Shown piece after piece: positions 1 to 11,266 of a stretch of DNA of 64,000 nucleotides (its first letter is position 1; the number at the start of each line of letters is the position of its first letter). The stretch comes from an uncultured Bacteroidales bacterium (lineage in GTDB: Bacteria; Bacteroidota; Bacteroidia; Bacteroidales; VadinHA17), in contig CAVRZV010000010.1 of the NCBI GenBank assembly GCA_963725785.1, positions 384,619 through 448,618 of the forward strand. Direction: 5' to 3'. The notes beneath the pieces are model-generated. The model saw only the letters and a program-made list of their open reading frames with translations, made no database searches and had not been told where the DNA came from. The position numbers and the translations under genes are program-made.

Positions 1-14
1 CTCTGGGAGGCGAT

Positions 15-1379
15 ATGCCTATAATTTCACAGTTGAACCCGGATAAAGGAGAAAAGGATATTTCCATAGCCAGGAATCCGGTGGTGGCATTTAACTTTCC
101 GGTGAATTATGATTTCGAAGTGAGAAATACTGACAGCAACGGAGATGAGTTATTAAACACTATTCATATCGATTTAACAGAATTTTCAATAAGAAGAAAA
201 TCCGATAACTTTGTCGTTGCTGATCTTAACAAAAACCAGAATCTTTCATTTACTGAGGAAATGAAACTGGCAACCCTGTACACAACAGATGCCCTTGATC
301 CTCAAACAGAGTACACAGTAACAGTTTCTGTCAAAGCATACGATAAAAACCACAAGCCATTATCGTATAAAAATAAACCTGTAGAAGAAACTGAGACTCA
401 TTCGTTTATAACAGGCGATTGTTTACACCGCTTAGATGAAAATGCCCAATTAATGCTTGGCAGCTATCCATTTAAGAATCAGCGGTACCTGTTGCAAAAA
501 GAGCAAACTGCCGGATTCATCCAGCTTGACAAGAATTATCCCTGCCTCCTTAACGATCCTGAGTATGACCTGCTTGCTCAGTTTATTTCCTATCAGTCCC
601 CGGGTCAAAGCACCACTCAGGAGGTTAAACTCGGAATGAACGGTAATCAGCTGACTTTCCAGATACCCACTCTCCCAAATGATAAAATTACACAAGTACG
701 AATCATTAAAAGAAGACGGGTGAATAATTCTGTGATTCAACCTAAAGTTAAACTTGGTTATGCAAGCACAAATATGTATCTGAGTACATCACAAGGCAAT
801 AACACCAATACCGCTGATTTTAAAAAGACTACTATTTCAGGTATTTCCCAATCGAATATCTCCAAGGACCTGGAACTTTACAGTTATTATTTCAAAACCA
901 GTAAATACAATACACTAACCGAGAAGCTAAACGATGGTGACAATGCTGCCAATGCAAAAAGGGATGGATTCGGTAACTTTGAGGGGTATTCGGCAGATTT
1001 TAACTTTTCAGAAGGATTTGATGTATTCGACATAAATGAAACAACCTTTACAGCATTCGGCGACAAGTATGTCATATATCCTCTAATCCATATCTCCGAG
1101 CAAACCCCCGGGAATCCATGGATTCAAAAATATGTTGCGGGTAATTTATACAGCAACTGGAAAATTGCCTATCTCAATGCCGGAGATTACCGGCAGGATC
1201 TGAATCCCTATACAATCAGAAAGAGTGCAACAAGTCTGCAATGTTTAATTTTTGAGCCTTCACTGAATCCATTAGGAATTATGCCCGCTTCTGCCGAGCC
1301 CCCATTAAGTGATCAGGAAATCGGTGCTGCAACGGATAAATTATATAATATTTCACAAGTACATTTAATCAAACATTAA
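15..1379 (+). CDS. hypothetical surface/exported protein, probably 5'-truncated by the window edge
   Basis: 454-aa ORF. The frame stays open back to nt 3, so the true start is probably upstream. No nameable catalytic motif. Only a 12-nt gap to the next ORF. Confidence 0.6.
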   Translation: MPIISQLNPDKGEKDISIARNPVVAFNFPVNYDFEVRNTDSNGDELLNTIHIDLTEFSIRRKSDNFVVADLNKNQNLSFTEEMKLATLYTTDALDPQTEYTVTVSVKAYDKNHKPLSYKNKPVEETETHSFITGDCLHRLDENAQLMLGSYPFKNQRYLLQKEQTAGFIQLDKNYPCLLNDPEYDLLAQFISYQSPGQSTTQEVKLGMNGNQLTFQIPTLPNDKITQVRIIKRRRVNNSVIQPKVKLGYASTNMYLSTSQGNNTNTADFKKTTISGISQSNISKDLELYSYYFKTSKYNTLTEKLNDGDNAANAKRDGFGNFEGYSADFNFSEGFDVFDINETTFTAFGDKYVIYPLIHISEQTPGNPWIQKYVAGNLYSNWKIAYLNAGDYRQDLNPYTIRKSATSLQCLIFEPSLNPLGIMPASAEPPLSDQEIGAATDKLYNISQVHLIKH

Positions 1380-1391
1380 TCTGTCAGGTAA

Positions 1392-1946
1392 ATGAAAACA
1401 TCACATAAATTCTTCATCCTGCTTAACTGTTTTGTTGTATTGACCGGGTGTTTAAATGATACTTTTTCCCAGCAGGCTAAAATGTCGTTCAGCAGTGCAT
1501 ACAAAATGTTAAACGGAGGGAATATTTCAAATGTATCAGGCAATTCTGCGGGCGCTCTTCAAATGGGATCCGTTTCTGGTAAGTCTTATAATAATAAAAT
1601 TACTATTACTTATGGTATTCCGATTGAGATAGTAATGGAATACGCTGTATTAAAAACAAATTTAAGTTCTGATATGGCAATTAACCCAGCCACTTATGAT
1701 AACAGTTCTCCTGAAATTCAGCAGGCATTTGATAATCTTGCCTATGGAAATTTTGTTAAGATATCTGATTACAATCAGGTAAATGTGAAATTAAATTTTC
1801 GCTTTAATGCTCCTGTTCTCAGGGTATATGGAAGTGACGAGGGCGACTTTGTAAATAGCTCGCATTCCTCTCCTTACGATCCGGGGGTTTATACCACACC
1901 AAACACACCTGTCAGAGGTAGTAAAATAATTGTTATTAAAAAATAA
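1392..1946 (+). CDS. putative lipoprotein, function unknown
   Basis: 184-aa ORF. N-terminus MKTSHKFFILLNCFVVLTGC has a hydrophobic core plus an LTGC lipobox. Confidence 0.6.
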   Translation: MKTSHKFFILLNCFVVLTGCLNDTFSQQAKMSFSSAYKMLNGGNISNVSGNSAGALQMGSVSGKSYNNKITITYGIPIEIVMEYAVLKTNLSSDMAINPATYDNSSPEIQQAFDNLAYGNFVKISDYNQVNVKLNFRFNAPVLRVYGSDEGDFVNSSHSSPYDPGVYTTPNTPVRGSKIIVIKK

Positions 1947-1955
1947 TTGCCGAAT

Positions 1956-4139
1956 ATGAAAAAGTATTTCACTGTATTCCTCGCATTTTTCTTAACAGGT
2001 CTTTCAGTCATTGCCCAGCAAAACAAGTCACTTCAGAATCAGAAAGTGAATAATAGCGCTGTTCAATCCCGTAAAGCAGTGGCCCCGACCGATTCAATTC
2101 CAAAACAAAAAAATCTTATTGTCATCGGAAGAAACTATGGAGATTCAGTTGTAATACGCTGGGCGCCGGTTAAGGCAACTCTCTGGTATTTTGCTAATAA
2201 ATCGGGCTATACAATTGTCCGATATGAAGTTCAGAACAAGAAGCTGTTAAGGGAAAGCAAGAAAGCTCTATCCCCTGATCCGATAAAACCATGGACCCTG
2301 ACCGAGTGGAAAAAACGAGCATTACCTTCGGACAGTCTTGCTGCCTCATCTGCAGAATTGCTTTATGGTCAGTCAAAAGTCGACATTACAAATAAATCAA
2401 AGACCAACGGAGTAAATTTACAAGGGGCACAGAACAGTAATTATGAATTAGAGAATAAACACGGCATGGCTTTGTTCCTGGCAGATCAATCGGCTTTTCT
2501 TGCAACTGGCTTAGGACTAAGGTTTACTGATAAGGATTTTGTAAAAGGAAAAACTTATGTTTATATTATCTATGCCAGGACAGATCCAAAAATTATCAGA
2601 TCAGACAGCAGTGCTGTTATGATTAATACATCGGAAATCATGCCTGCGCCTGAAATGCCAAAAGTTACTGTTGAAGAACTTGACCGGACTGTAAGATTCA
2701 AATGGAACCGCCAGATTGCCAGCGCTAATTTCACGGGATATTTCTATGAACGTTCAGAAGACATGGGCAAAACCTATAAACGGCGCAACAAACAACCGTA
2801 TACTCAGTTTACTTCAGAACTCAAATCCGCCAGTAATTCAACAATCGAGTTGAATGATTCATTACCCGTAAATTATAAACCCTATTATTATCGGATAATC
2901 GGGGTTACGGCATTCGGTGATTATGGTAAACCAACGGCTTCATTGAGGGTTATGGGACGTGATAGAACACCCCCTTCTCCTCCCGGAGAGATCTCGGCTG
3001 TAAATCTGCGTAATACAATGGTAAAAATCAGTTGGAGCAAGAAATTGCGTGAACCTGACTTCAGTGGTTACCTGATCGGAAGAGGAGAAAATGCTACCGG
3101 TCCATACATGCCTCTTATACTTAATCCGCTTCCTGTTTCAGCCACGGAATTTATTGATTCTACTGCAGCTTTGCATGGAACAAATTACTATGTCGTATCT
3201 GCTATTGACACTGCTGGCAATGCAGGTACATCTATTCCGGCATATGTGGTAATGGTTGATTCAATTCCACCGGCGAAGCCAGTTAGACTTGCTGGTGTAG
3301 TTGATACTTCAGGAATAGTACATCTGCATTGGAGACTAGGTAAAGAACCCGATCTGATGGGTTATCTTGTGTATTCAGCCAATAATACAAATCACATTTT
3401 CACACCTGTTACGAAAGACTTCCTGGCTGACAGTACTTTTGCTGATAGCATCACTCTTGCTACTCTAACGAAACATATATATTATAAGGTTGTAGCCTTT
3501 GATAAAAATCGTAATCCAAGTCCTTATTCAGATGTACTGGAGCTCAAACGACCCGATAAGGTACCCCCTGTAACACCTGTTTTTAATAATTTCCGGCTCA
3601 CCGATTCTACAGTTGTTTTAAGCTGGGTATTAAGCAGCAGCGATGATGTCGCTTCGCAGACTCTCTATCGCCGTGAAAAAGGGAAAGATTGGGTGCCTTA
3701 TGCTAAACTTGCTGTTAAAATAAATTCCTATATCGATACTGAAGTAAAAAAACGTGCGTGGTATGAATATAGCATTGAAGCAATCGATGATGCCGGACTC
3801 CATTCACAAAAATCATTTCCTGTAAATGTCAGGATTTATGATTCAGGCAAGAGACCTGAAGTGCAGAATTTCAGCGTCGTAAAAAGCCCTGATGGAAAAT
3901 CACTTCAATTATCCTGGAAATATTCTGAAAAAGGGGATTTCTGGTTTGTAATTTACCGCTCTGTAAATGGGAATGATATGATGACTTACAAGAATCTAAA
4001 AGCAGATCAGTATTCCTTTACTGATAATAACCTGTCCAAAGGCACATATCAGTATTCCATTAAAGCTGTATATAAAGACGGAGGTGAATCACAAATCATG
4101 AAATCAATATCTGTAAATTTTTTCCCTGTAATGAAGTAG
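1956..4139 (+). CDS. secreted multi-repeat fibronectin-type-III-like protein
   Basis: Track ORF 1947-4139 starts at TTG. The ATG at 1956 gives signal peptide MKKYFTVFLAFFLTGLSVIAQ. Several ~90-aa units begin with PP.P and carry W...GY..R and Y.Y.V.A.D..GN patterns typical of FN3 folds. Confidence 0.6.
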   Translation: MKKYFTVFLAFFLTGLSVIAQQNKSLQNQKVNNSAVQSRKAVAPTDSIPKQKNLIVIGRNYGDSVVIRWAPVKATLWYFANKSGYTIVRYEVQNKKLLRESKKALSPDPIKPWTLTEWKKRALPSDSLAASSAELLYGQSKVDITNKSKTNGVNLQGAQNSNYELENKHGMALFLADQSAFLATGLGLRFTDKDFVKGKTYVYIIYARTDPKIIRSDSSAVMINTSEIMPAPEMPKVTVEELDRTVRFKWNRQIASANFTGYFYERSEDMGKTYKRRNKQPYTQFTSELKSASNSTIELNDSLPVNYKPYYYRIIGVTAFGDYGKPTASLRVMGRDRTPPSPPGEISAVNLRNTMVKISWSKKLREPDFSGYLIGRGENATGPYMPLILNPLPVSATEFIDSTAALHGTNYYVVSAIDTAGNAGTSIPAYVVMVDSIPPAKPVRLAGVVDTSGIVHLHWRLGKEPDLMGYLVYSANNTNHIFTPVTKDFLADSTFADSITLATLTKHIYYKVVAFDKNRNPSPYSDVLELKRPDKVPPVTPVFNNFRLTDSTVVLSWVLSSSDDVASQTLYRREKGKDWVPYAKLAVKINSYIDTEVKKRAWYEYSIEAIDDAGLHSQKSFPVNVRIYDSGKRPEVQNFSVVKSPDGKSLQLSWKYSEKGDFWFVIYRSVNGNDMMTYKNLKADQYSFTDNNLSKGTYQYSIKAVYKDGGESQIMKSISVNFFPVMK

Positions 4140-4180
4140 GCCTCATATATTTGAAATTCGATTTATATAAATATGTACCA

Positions 4181-5068
4181 ATGAACAAGACAATGAAAAA
4201 GTTAATTTATTTTTTTCTAATGCTTGCGCTGAGTATTCTGAAAACCAGTGCTCAAACAGCAACGAAACCCCCGGAATATAAAGTTCCGGCAGCTTATCAT
4301 TTTGACTATAAAGTGGTGTATGAAGTAGACCGGGATGAGAAGAAAACTCCCGAAACCATGAGCTACTATTTCACAAAAAGTGGCGATTATATGAGCATGG
4401 AGACTCCTAAAAGTAATGAAGATAAGGATATGAACTTCATGGTATCAACTAAAGATGGTCTGATGATTACCTTTGGCGAAGAAGCTGTACCTAAAAGTCC
4501 CGACAAACACCGCAAGGTTTTGAAAGTGATGGATATGCATAGTATGATGAAAGGTAGTGGAGAAGCCATTGCTGCACTTGCGAAAAATATGCCGAAGAAA
4601 GACAAAACTGAAGCTGAAAAAAAGAAACCCAATGATCTGGATAATTTTGTTAAGACAGGGAAGACAAAACAGGTTTTCGGTTATACTGCAGAAGAATATT
4701 CCAAGCATATCACCAAAAACGAAAACGGGAAAGAACGGTCAGGCACTATGAGTGTATGGTATGCAAAAGTAGATTTCGACCCTGAAATGATGTTCTCGAT
4801 GGGAATGGGAAGCCTTGCCGGAGGAGGAGCTCAGTCTAAAATGAACCAATCGCACTCCAATAATATGCTCGGGTTGGGTATAAGTCAGAAAAACTACCTG
4901 CTTGTCGAGATGGATTTTTCAGAAACCGGAGGGAAAAGCGGAACAGGGATGAAGGTAGTCAGCATTGAGAAAACCAATTTTAATAAAGCCACAGAAGGTT
5001 ATTTTATAAAGAATTATGCAGGCATGAGTATGATGGAAATGATGCAGAAAGAAGGTGAGGAGAAATAA
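4181..5068 (+). CDS. secreted hypothetical protein (Lys/Glu/Met-rich)
   Basis: Track ORF 4151-5068 starts at TTG. Internal ATGs at 4181 and 4193 expose signal peptide MKKLIYFFLMLALSILKTSAQ. No motif recognised. Confidence 0.55.
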   Translation: MNKTMKKLIYFFLMLALSILKTSAQTATKPPEYKVPAAYHFDYKVVYEVDRDEKKTPETMSYYFTKSGDYMSMETPKSNEDKDMNFMVSTKDGLMITFGEEAVPKSPDKHRKVLKVMDMHSMMKGSGEAIAALAKNMPKKDKTEAEKKKPNDLDNFVKTGKTKQVFGYTAEEYSKHITKNENGKERSGTMSVWYAKVDFDPEMMFSMGMGSLAGGGAQSKMNQSHSNNMLGLGISQKNYLLVEMDFSETGGKSGTGMKVVSIEKTNFNKATEGYFIKNYAGMSMMEMMQKEGEEK

Positions 5069-5094
5069 AAAAAATGTTGTACCAAAAACCTATT

Positions 5095-5201
5095 TTAACG
5101 CAGAGGACCGCAAAGAAGACGCTGAGTTTCGCAGAGCTAGAATTATGATGTACATAGCTTTGCGGTCCTTTGCGCTTTTCTTTGCGGTTCTTTGCGGTTA
5201 A
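5095..5201. repeat. imperfect palindrome of degenerate CTTTGCGG / CCGCAAAG words, closed by TTAACG...CGGTTAA; likely bidirectional terminator
   Basis: The left arm ttaacgcagaggaccgcaaagaag... is approximately the reverse complement of the right arm ...ctttgcggtcctttgcgcttttctttgcggttctttgcggttaa. It lies between convergent genes. Confidence 0.7.
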
Positions 5202-5250
5202 ATTAATTTCGTTGAATAAAATTACTTCTTAATTATAAATTTCGAAAGGA

Positions 5251-8200
5251 CTAATTAAGTTTGCTTTTTTGTATCAGTTTGTTTGTTTTCCGGCGTTGCC
5301 TTCTCAGGTTTCTCTCATAGATCACAATATACATTACCGGGATCAATACGAGAGTGAGGAATGTGGCAAAGCTTAACCCGAAGATTATTGTCCAGGATAA
5401 TGGTCCAAAGAACATAACATTATCACCTCCAAAATGCAAATGAGGGTTAAGATCGGTCAGCAATGTCGCAAAATTGATATTCATACCTATCGCCAGGGGG
5501 ATCAATCCGAGGATAGTAGCTGTGGCAGTAAGTATCACAGGTGTTATACGTGTCATACCTGCCTGTATAATCGCCGTACGGGTTTTGACACCCTGCTCTT
5601 TCAATTTGTCGGTAAACTCAACGAGTAATATTCCGTTCCTGACAACAATACCTGCCAGAGCGACAATTCCCATTCCGGTCATAATGATTGAGATTGTCAT
5701 GCCGAAGATCATATATCCCAATAACACTCCTATCAGGCTGAATATCACTTCCGAAACTATTATCAGCGCTTTGGACATTGAGTTGAATTGTGTTATAAGG
5801 ATGAACATAATAAGGAATAAACATAGAACCATTGCTTTTGAAAGGAATACCATCGATTCGGCCTGATCCTCCTGTTCACCTGTGATCCGGATGTCGATAT
5901 CGGATGATTTAGAAAACTGAGGGATCACTTTACGCAGCTCGGTATTTATTAGGTTTGCGTTGAACCCGGTAAGAACATTCGATGAAATTGTAATAACCCT
6001 CTTCATATTGAGACGGTTAATCTGTCCATAACTATTCACGTATTCAACGTGTGCTACCACCGAAAGAGGTATTTTACGCAACAGTCCCGAATTCATATCC
6101 ATGTATGTTATCGTAAGATTAAGCAGTTGTTCAAGATCTTTTCTCTGATCTTCCTGAAAACGCAGCATTATTGAATACTGGTCCTCTCCCTCACGATATT
6201 TTGCTACTTCCTTGCCTAACTGTCCGGTCCTTATCGCATCACCAACAACAGCTGCAGATATGCCTTCCATATTGGCCCGTTCACGGTCAAGTTTTATAAT
6301 GATCTCTGGTTTTGTTGACGCAAAGTCAGATTTCAACTCCTCAATACCGCCAATCTGCAGCGAGTCGACATACCTTTTAAAACGATCGGCGGTCGAAGAA
6401 AGTTCTATCAGATCATCACCCGCTATTTCTATATTCACAGGTTTACCTGTTGCAGGTCCGTTTTGTTCTTTATCAACAACTATTTCGGCTCCCGGAATAT
6501 CTTTCAGGGCATCACGCATACCACTCATATAAGCGCCAGTACTCTGGCCATGACGGTTCTTATACTCCACGAAATTTACAGAGATCTTGGCCAGGTTCGA
6601 AGATTTACTTGAGTTGTCAAAACTATTATCAGAAGCCAGGAATGCTACGTTTGTCACAACCGATTCCACAATAGGATTCTTCTCACCGAGAACTCTCATG
6701 ATCCGGTGTTCGGCCATACGTGCAACAGAGTCAGTTACAGTTATTTCGGTACCAATTGGCATTTTTACATATACCATGATTGTATTTGGTTCGCCATCGG
6801 GAAAAAACACTACTTTAGGCTTTACAATGTTGTTCAGCATCATTGTAAATACAAATAGCGCTATCATCCCCCAGAGTATATAACCCGGTCTTTTACCCTT
6901 AAGAACCCATTTCAGAGTATTCTCGTACTTCCTCATAATTGCTGGAAGGGTGGTAGTCTGAAACTTCCTGATGACCTTATGTCCGAATAAATCATGAAGA
7001 AGAAAGGAAATTGCAATGAACACTGTAAAATTTGCTATTCCCCTCACACCAAGAAGATAAAAAGGTAGTGATATCAATATAATAACGAGGGTGGTTATAA
7101 ATACTTTCCTCCTGTTAACTGGTGCATCTTCATCATCGAGCTTCATGAAATCCACAGCAAATACCGGGTTAAAAATATAAGCCACTATTAGTGAAGCAAA
7201 AAGAGTAATAATGAGTGTTACAGGTATAAATACCATAAAGCTTCCGACTATTCCCGGCCAGAATGCCAGTGGGAAAAACGGGGCAAGCGTTGTCAGCGTA
7301 CCTGAAAGTATAGGAACAAAAACTTCTCCGGCCGCAAACTTAGCCGAAGCGGTAATATCCATTTTTGTTTTCTTGTGAATACGGTGCGTATTCTCAATCA
7401 CCACAATAGCATCGTCTACAACAATCCCGAGTGCAAAAATAAATGCGAACATAACAAGCATGTTCATTGTAAATCCGATCCAGGGCAGAACAAGAAATGC
7501 AATGGCCATAGATAATGGAACAGCAAAAGCAACAAACAGTGCATTTACTAGTCCCATGAAGAACATCAGAACAATAGTCACAAAAATGAATCCAAGAATT
7601 ATTGTATTATTAAGTTCATTTACTGTATTTCGGGTATTTCGTGACTGGTCACCGGTAACCTCAATAATAAGGTTAGAGGGAAGTTTGCTCTTCTGCATTT
7701 CGGCAATTATAGCTTTTATCTTATCTGAAGCATCCAGAAGATTCTGACCGCTCTTCTTTATTACATTTAGTGTAACAACGTTTTTCCCATTATAACGTGC
7801 GAAATTTTCAGGTTGATGAAAACCATCACGGATCAATGGCAATATCTCCAAGTTTGACAAGTGCCCCGCTTGCAGGTGTTAACAACAATATTTTTTATCT
7901 GATCAATATTTGTTACTTCCCCGACTACCCTTATAGATCGGCTCATCTGCTGCAGATCAATGTTTCCACCTGATACTGTCATGTTATTGAGACTTACTGC
8001 CTGTTCAACATCTCTGAAAGTAAGACTGGCAGCCTTCATCTTATACATATCAATATCAATCTGAATCTCACGGGTAAGAGCACCACCGATTTCAACCCTT
8101 GTAATCTCTTTAAGACTTTCGATCCTGTCCTGCATATCATCCGCATACTTCTTAAGACGGTCAAGCGGAATGTCACCTGAAAGATTAATATACTGGATAG

Positions 8201-8636
8201 GAATCTCCGACAGGTCAATCTCCATTACTGAAGGTTCTATAAAAGAAGGATCGGTTGGTAGATCTTTTTTAGTTTTATCAACTGCGTCTTTAACCCTCTG
8301 TTTTGCATCTTTAATCTCAATTCCGGTATTAAACTCAACAATTATTGCTGAAAAATCCTGAACAGAACGGGAAGTGATCTTTTTAACCCCGCTTATTGAT
8401 TTAAGATTCTTCTCCAATGGCCGTGTAACCAGATTTTCCATATCGAGCGGAGATGTGCCGGGATAAATTGTGTTAATGTTGATCATCGGGATCACAATCT
8501 CAGGGAACTGTTCCTTTGGTATGGTATAATAGTTTATTAAACCAAATACAGATATAATAAATACCAGGACATAAACACTGATCTTATTGTCAATTGCCCA
8601 GCTCGTGGCAAAGAATTCTTTAAACTTTTTTTCCAT
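5251..8636 (-). pseudogene. RND efflux permease (AcrB/HAE1 family), interrupted by two closely spaced frameshifts near 7833-7870
   Basis: The 267-aa N-terminal ORF (7833-8636) and the 869-aa ORF (5251-7860) are colinear with a ~1130-aa AcrB-type protein with 12 TM segments. A third frame reads ASGALVKLGDIA across the junction. Confidence 0.85.
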
Positions 8637-8683
8637 GAAAATATGTTTTTATTCTCTCAGTAATCTGAATATCAGAATAGTAA

Positions 8684-9816
8684 TTAAAATCTGACATATT
8701 CACCGTCTACCAGTTCCTGATAACCAACTGATATGACTTTGTCTCCAACAGTTAAACCTTTAAGAACTTCCGCAACACCGTTATAACTGTTCCCAAGGAC
8801 GACCGGTTGTTTAAATGCAGCATTGTATTTGTCCTTTGGACGTACAACATAAACATAACTGCCAGTCCTGATCAGTCTGAACAACATTCATTGGAACCTG
8901 AATGGCATTTTCAGAATGATAGTCGTTAATCTGAATAATTGCTATCATATTTGCTTTCAGATCATCTATTCCGTCTAAAAGCTTTGTTTCAATCATGAAG
9001 GTCCTGTTTACCGGATTTATATACTTACTTACAAAATCAACTTTTGCATCAACCTGTTTGTTTATATCGGGGAACAAGTACAACCAGTTTGTCACCTGTT
9101 TTGACCCTTGCCGAATAGGCTTCGGATACTTCAGCACTTACTTTCAGGTTTTTAAATGCCACGACTCTGTAAGCTGCCAAACGCGGATCAGGAGAGACCA
9201 CACCTCCTACTTTTATATTACATTCTTCAATAGTTCCATCAATAGGTGATTTGATTTTAAACTTATCAATCTGTTGTTTTAGAGATGATATCTGTTTTTC
9301 AAGCGATTCTTTATTGGTTTTTGACTGAAGATACTGAACTTCGCTTCCGATTTTCTGATCCCACAAACGTTTCTGCTTATCATACATATCAGAAGCAAAT
9401 TTGTACTGTGTCTTCAAGGCCCTGCATCTGGCTGCGATACTGCTGATCATCAATCTGGGCCAGAACCTGACCTTTAACAACTTTCTGCCCTACATCTGCA
9501 AATTTTGATGTTACTGTACCCGGAGCTTCAGCAAATACTGCAGCATTCTGATCACCATCGAGTTTACCCTGCACTCTGACAAAATGATCGAAAATACTGG
9601 ATTTTACATCTTTCAGTCCAACAAATTTGAACTTTTCAGGATTCATGGAGTCCTTCTTTCCTGATTGCAGCTCCGCTTCAAGAGCTTTTATTTTGTCCTG
9701 TTATTGCAGCATTCTGTTGCTTTAGTTTTGATAGTTGTGTCTGCTTGTTGCTGCTGCACGAAAACATCAGGAATAAAACTGACTGTTCCTGCTATGCTTA
9801 ATTTAATGGTTTTCAT
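8684..9816 (-). pseudogene. RND periplasmic adaptor (membrane fusion protein), about 5 frameshifts
   Basis: ORF fragments 9389-9646, 9049-9480, 8811-9137 and 8684-8887 are colinear with an HlyD/AcrA-type adaptor (coiled-coil, barrel-sandwich). A lipoprotein start MKTIKLSIAGTVSFILMFSC can be reconstructed from the ATG at 9816 with two further shifts. Confidence 0.75.
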
Positions 9817-9859
9817 ATCTGATCTGATTTGTTTTATTATTCTGATTATTAATTTTTAA

Positions 9860-11238
9860 TTATTTGGAGCTGCTCAAAATCCTGTCAAGTTTTGCTTTGG
9901 CATTCAATAATGAAAGAACAGAGTTATAATAATTTGATTCGGCTGTTAAAAACTGAGCCTGATTCTGTGTGAGCTCAAAACTGGTAGAGACACCCTCTTT
10001 ATACTTAATTACGCTTTTGTCATAGACTTTTCTGGCAAGATCCATGCTTTCCTTATTTGTTGTATAATTACTATAAGCCGTCTGGTAACTGCTTTTCGCA
10101 GTTTCAAACTCCATTACCAGTCCCTGCTCAACATTTTCTTTATTCAGACGGGTCTTCATAAGATCATATTTTGCCTGTCCTATATTGGCAAGACGAAGAC
10201 CGCTTGTAACAATCGGAAGGGTTAAGGTTACACCTACAATATCTTTAACGGCAAAATTGAATGCTGGCATATTGGTCTGCTCCTGATGACGGTAAAATGC
10301 GGAGATTGTTGGTAACAGTTTAGATTGCTGACGTTTAAGCATTAACGAAGAAATCTTTTCCTGATCACTTATCATACGGAAGTCAATACTGTTTTTTACA
10401 TTATACTCCGGGAGTTGCCAGGTATTGACTGGTACCCTGATTAATAATTCCCGGAAGACTGTCAGTAAGTGCAACTATCCTGTTCAAATCCGATTCCAAG
10501 CTGGTATTTAAGAAGTTTTAGTGAAAGTTCCTTTTGTGCTTCGATCGATGTAATAAGAGTCTGTATATTAGACCTGCCTATTTTCATCTGGTCAACATCA
10601 GTCTCCTCATTAAAGCCTTCCTGGTTCATTTTTACCAGATCACTGTAAGTCTGATCTGTTGACTTAAGACTCTCTCTCAATACTCTGGCATTTTCTTCAA
10701 GAACCAGAACAAGATAATATGTGGTTGCTACGGTTTCCTTTGTCTGATCCTCTGTCTTTACAAGCGTTTTCTCAGTTACCTGTTTTACCACCTTTGCTGC
10801 CTGAAGACCTACAAGGTATTCACCACTGAAGATAAGCTGGGAAACAGTAAAATTAAGTGTAGTATTGTTTCTAACACCCAACGGAATAGGAGGTGAATCC
10901 TTATACGCATTCTGAAGGTCCGATTTTGTTATAGAGCCATCAGGTAAAGAATTTATATCCAGAACCGGACCGAAACTTAACTGCGGAATCACAAACTGAT
11001 GCTGATAGTTTGCATCAAAATTAAACTGAGGAAGCCCGGTCGCAATAGTTGACCATATCTGTTTGTCCATACTGCTGACATCTATCCTTGCCGACTTGAT
11101 AGCGCGGTTATTCTGAAGCGCAAATGTCTGCGCTTCAGAGATTGAAAGTTTCAGTATTGGTTTGTTTTCCTGAGCCGATCCCTCTATTACGGATCCCAGA
11201 AGTATAAACATCAAAAGGTATTTACGCATAAAATTCAT
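9860..11238 (-). pseudogene. TolC-family outer membrane efflux protein, one frameshift near 10462-10474
   Basis: The 258-aa ORF (with signal peptide) and the 204-aa ORF overlap by 13 nt in different frames. Together they give a ~460-aa TolC-like protein. Confidence 0.8.
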
Positions 11239-11266
11239 ATTATAAATTATTTATTATAAGCTGTTT

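Noticed and set aside
7833-7860. Programmed ribosomal frameshift at the RND gene junction
   Set aside because: Two shifts occur within about 40 nt with no slippery heptamer or downstream structure. Seven neighbouring genes carry similar unprogrammed shifts.
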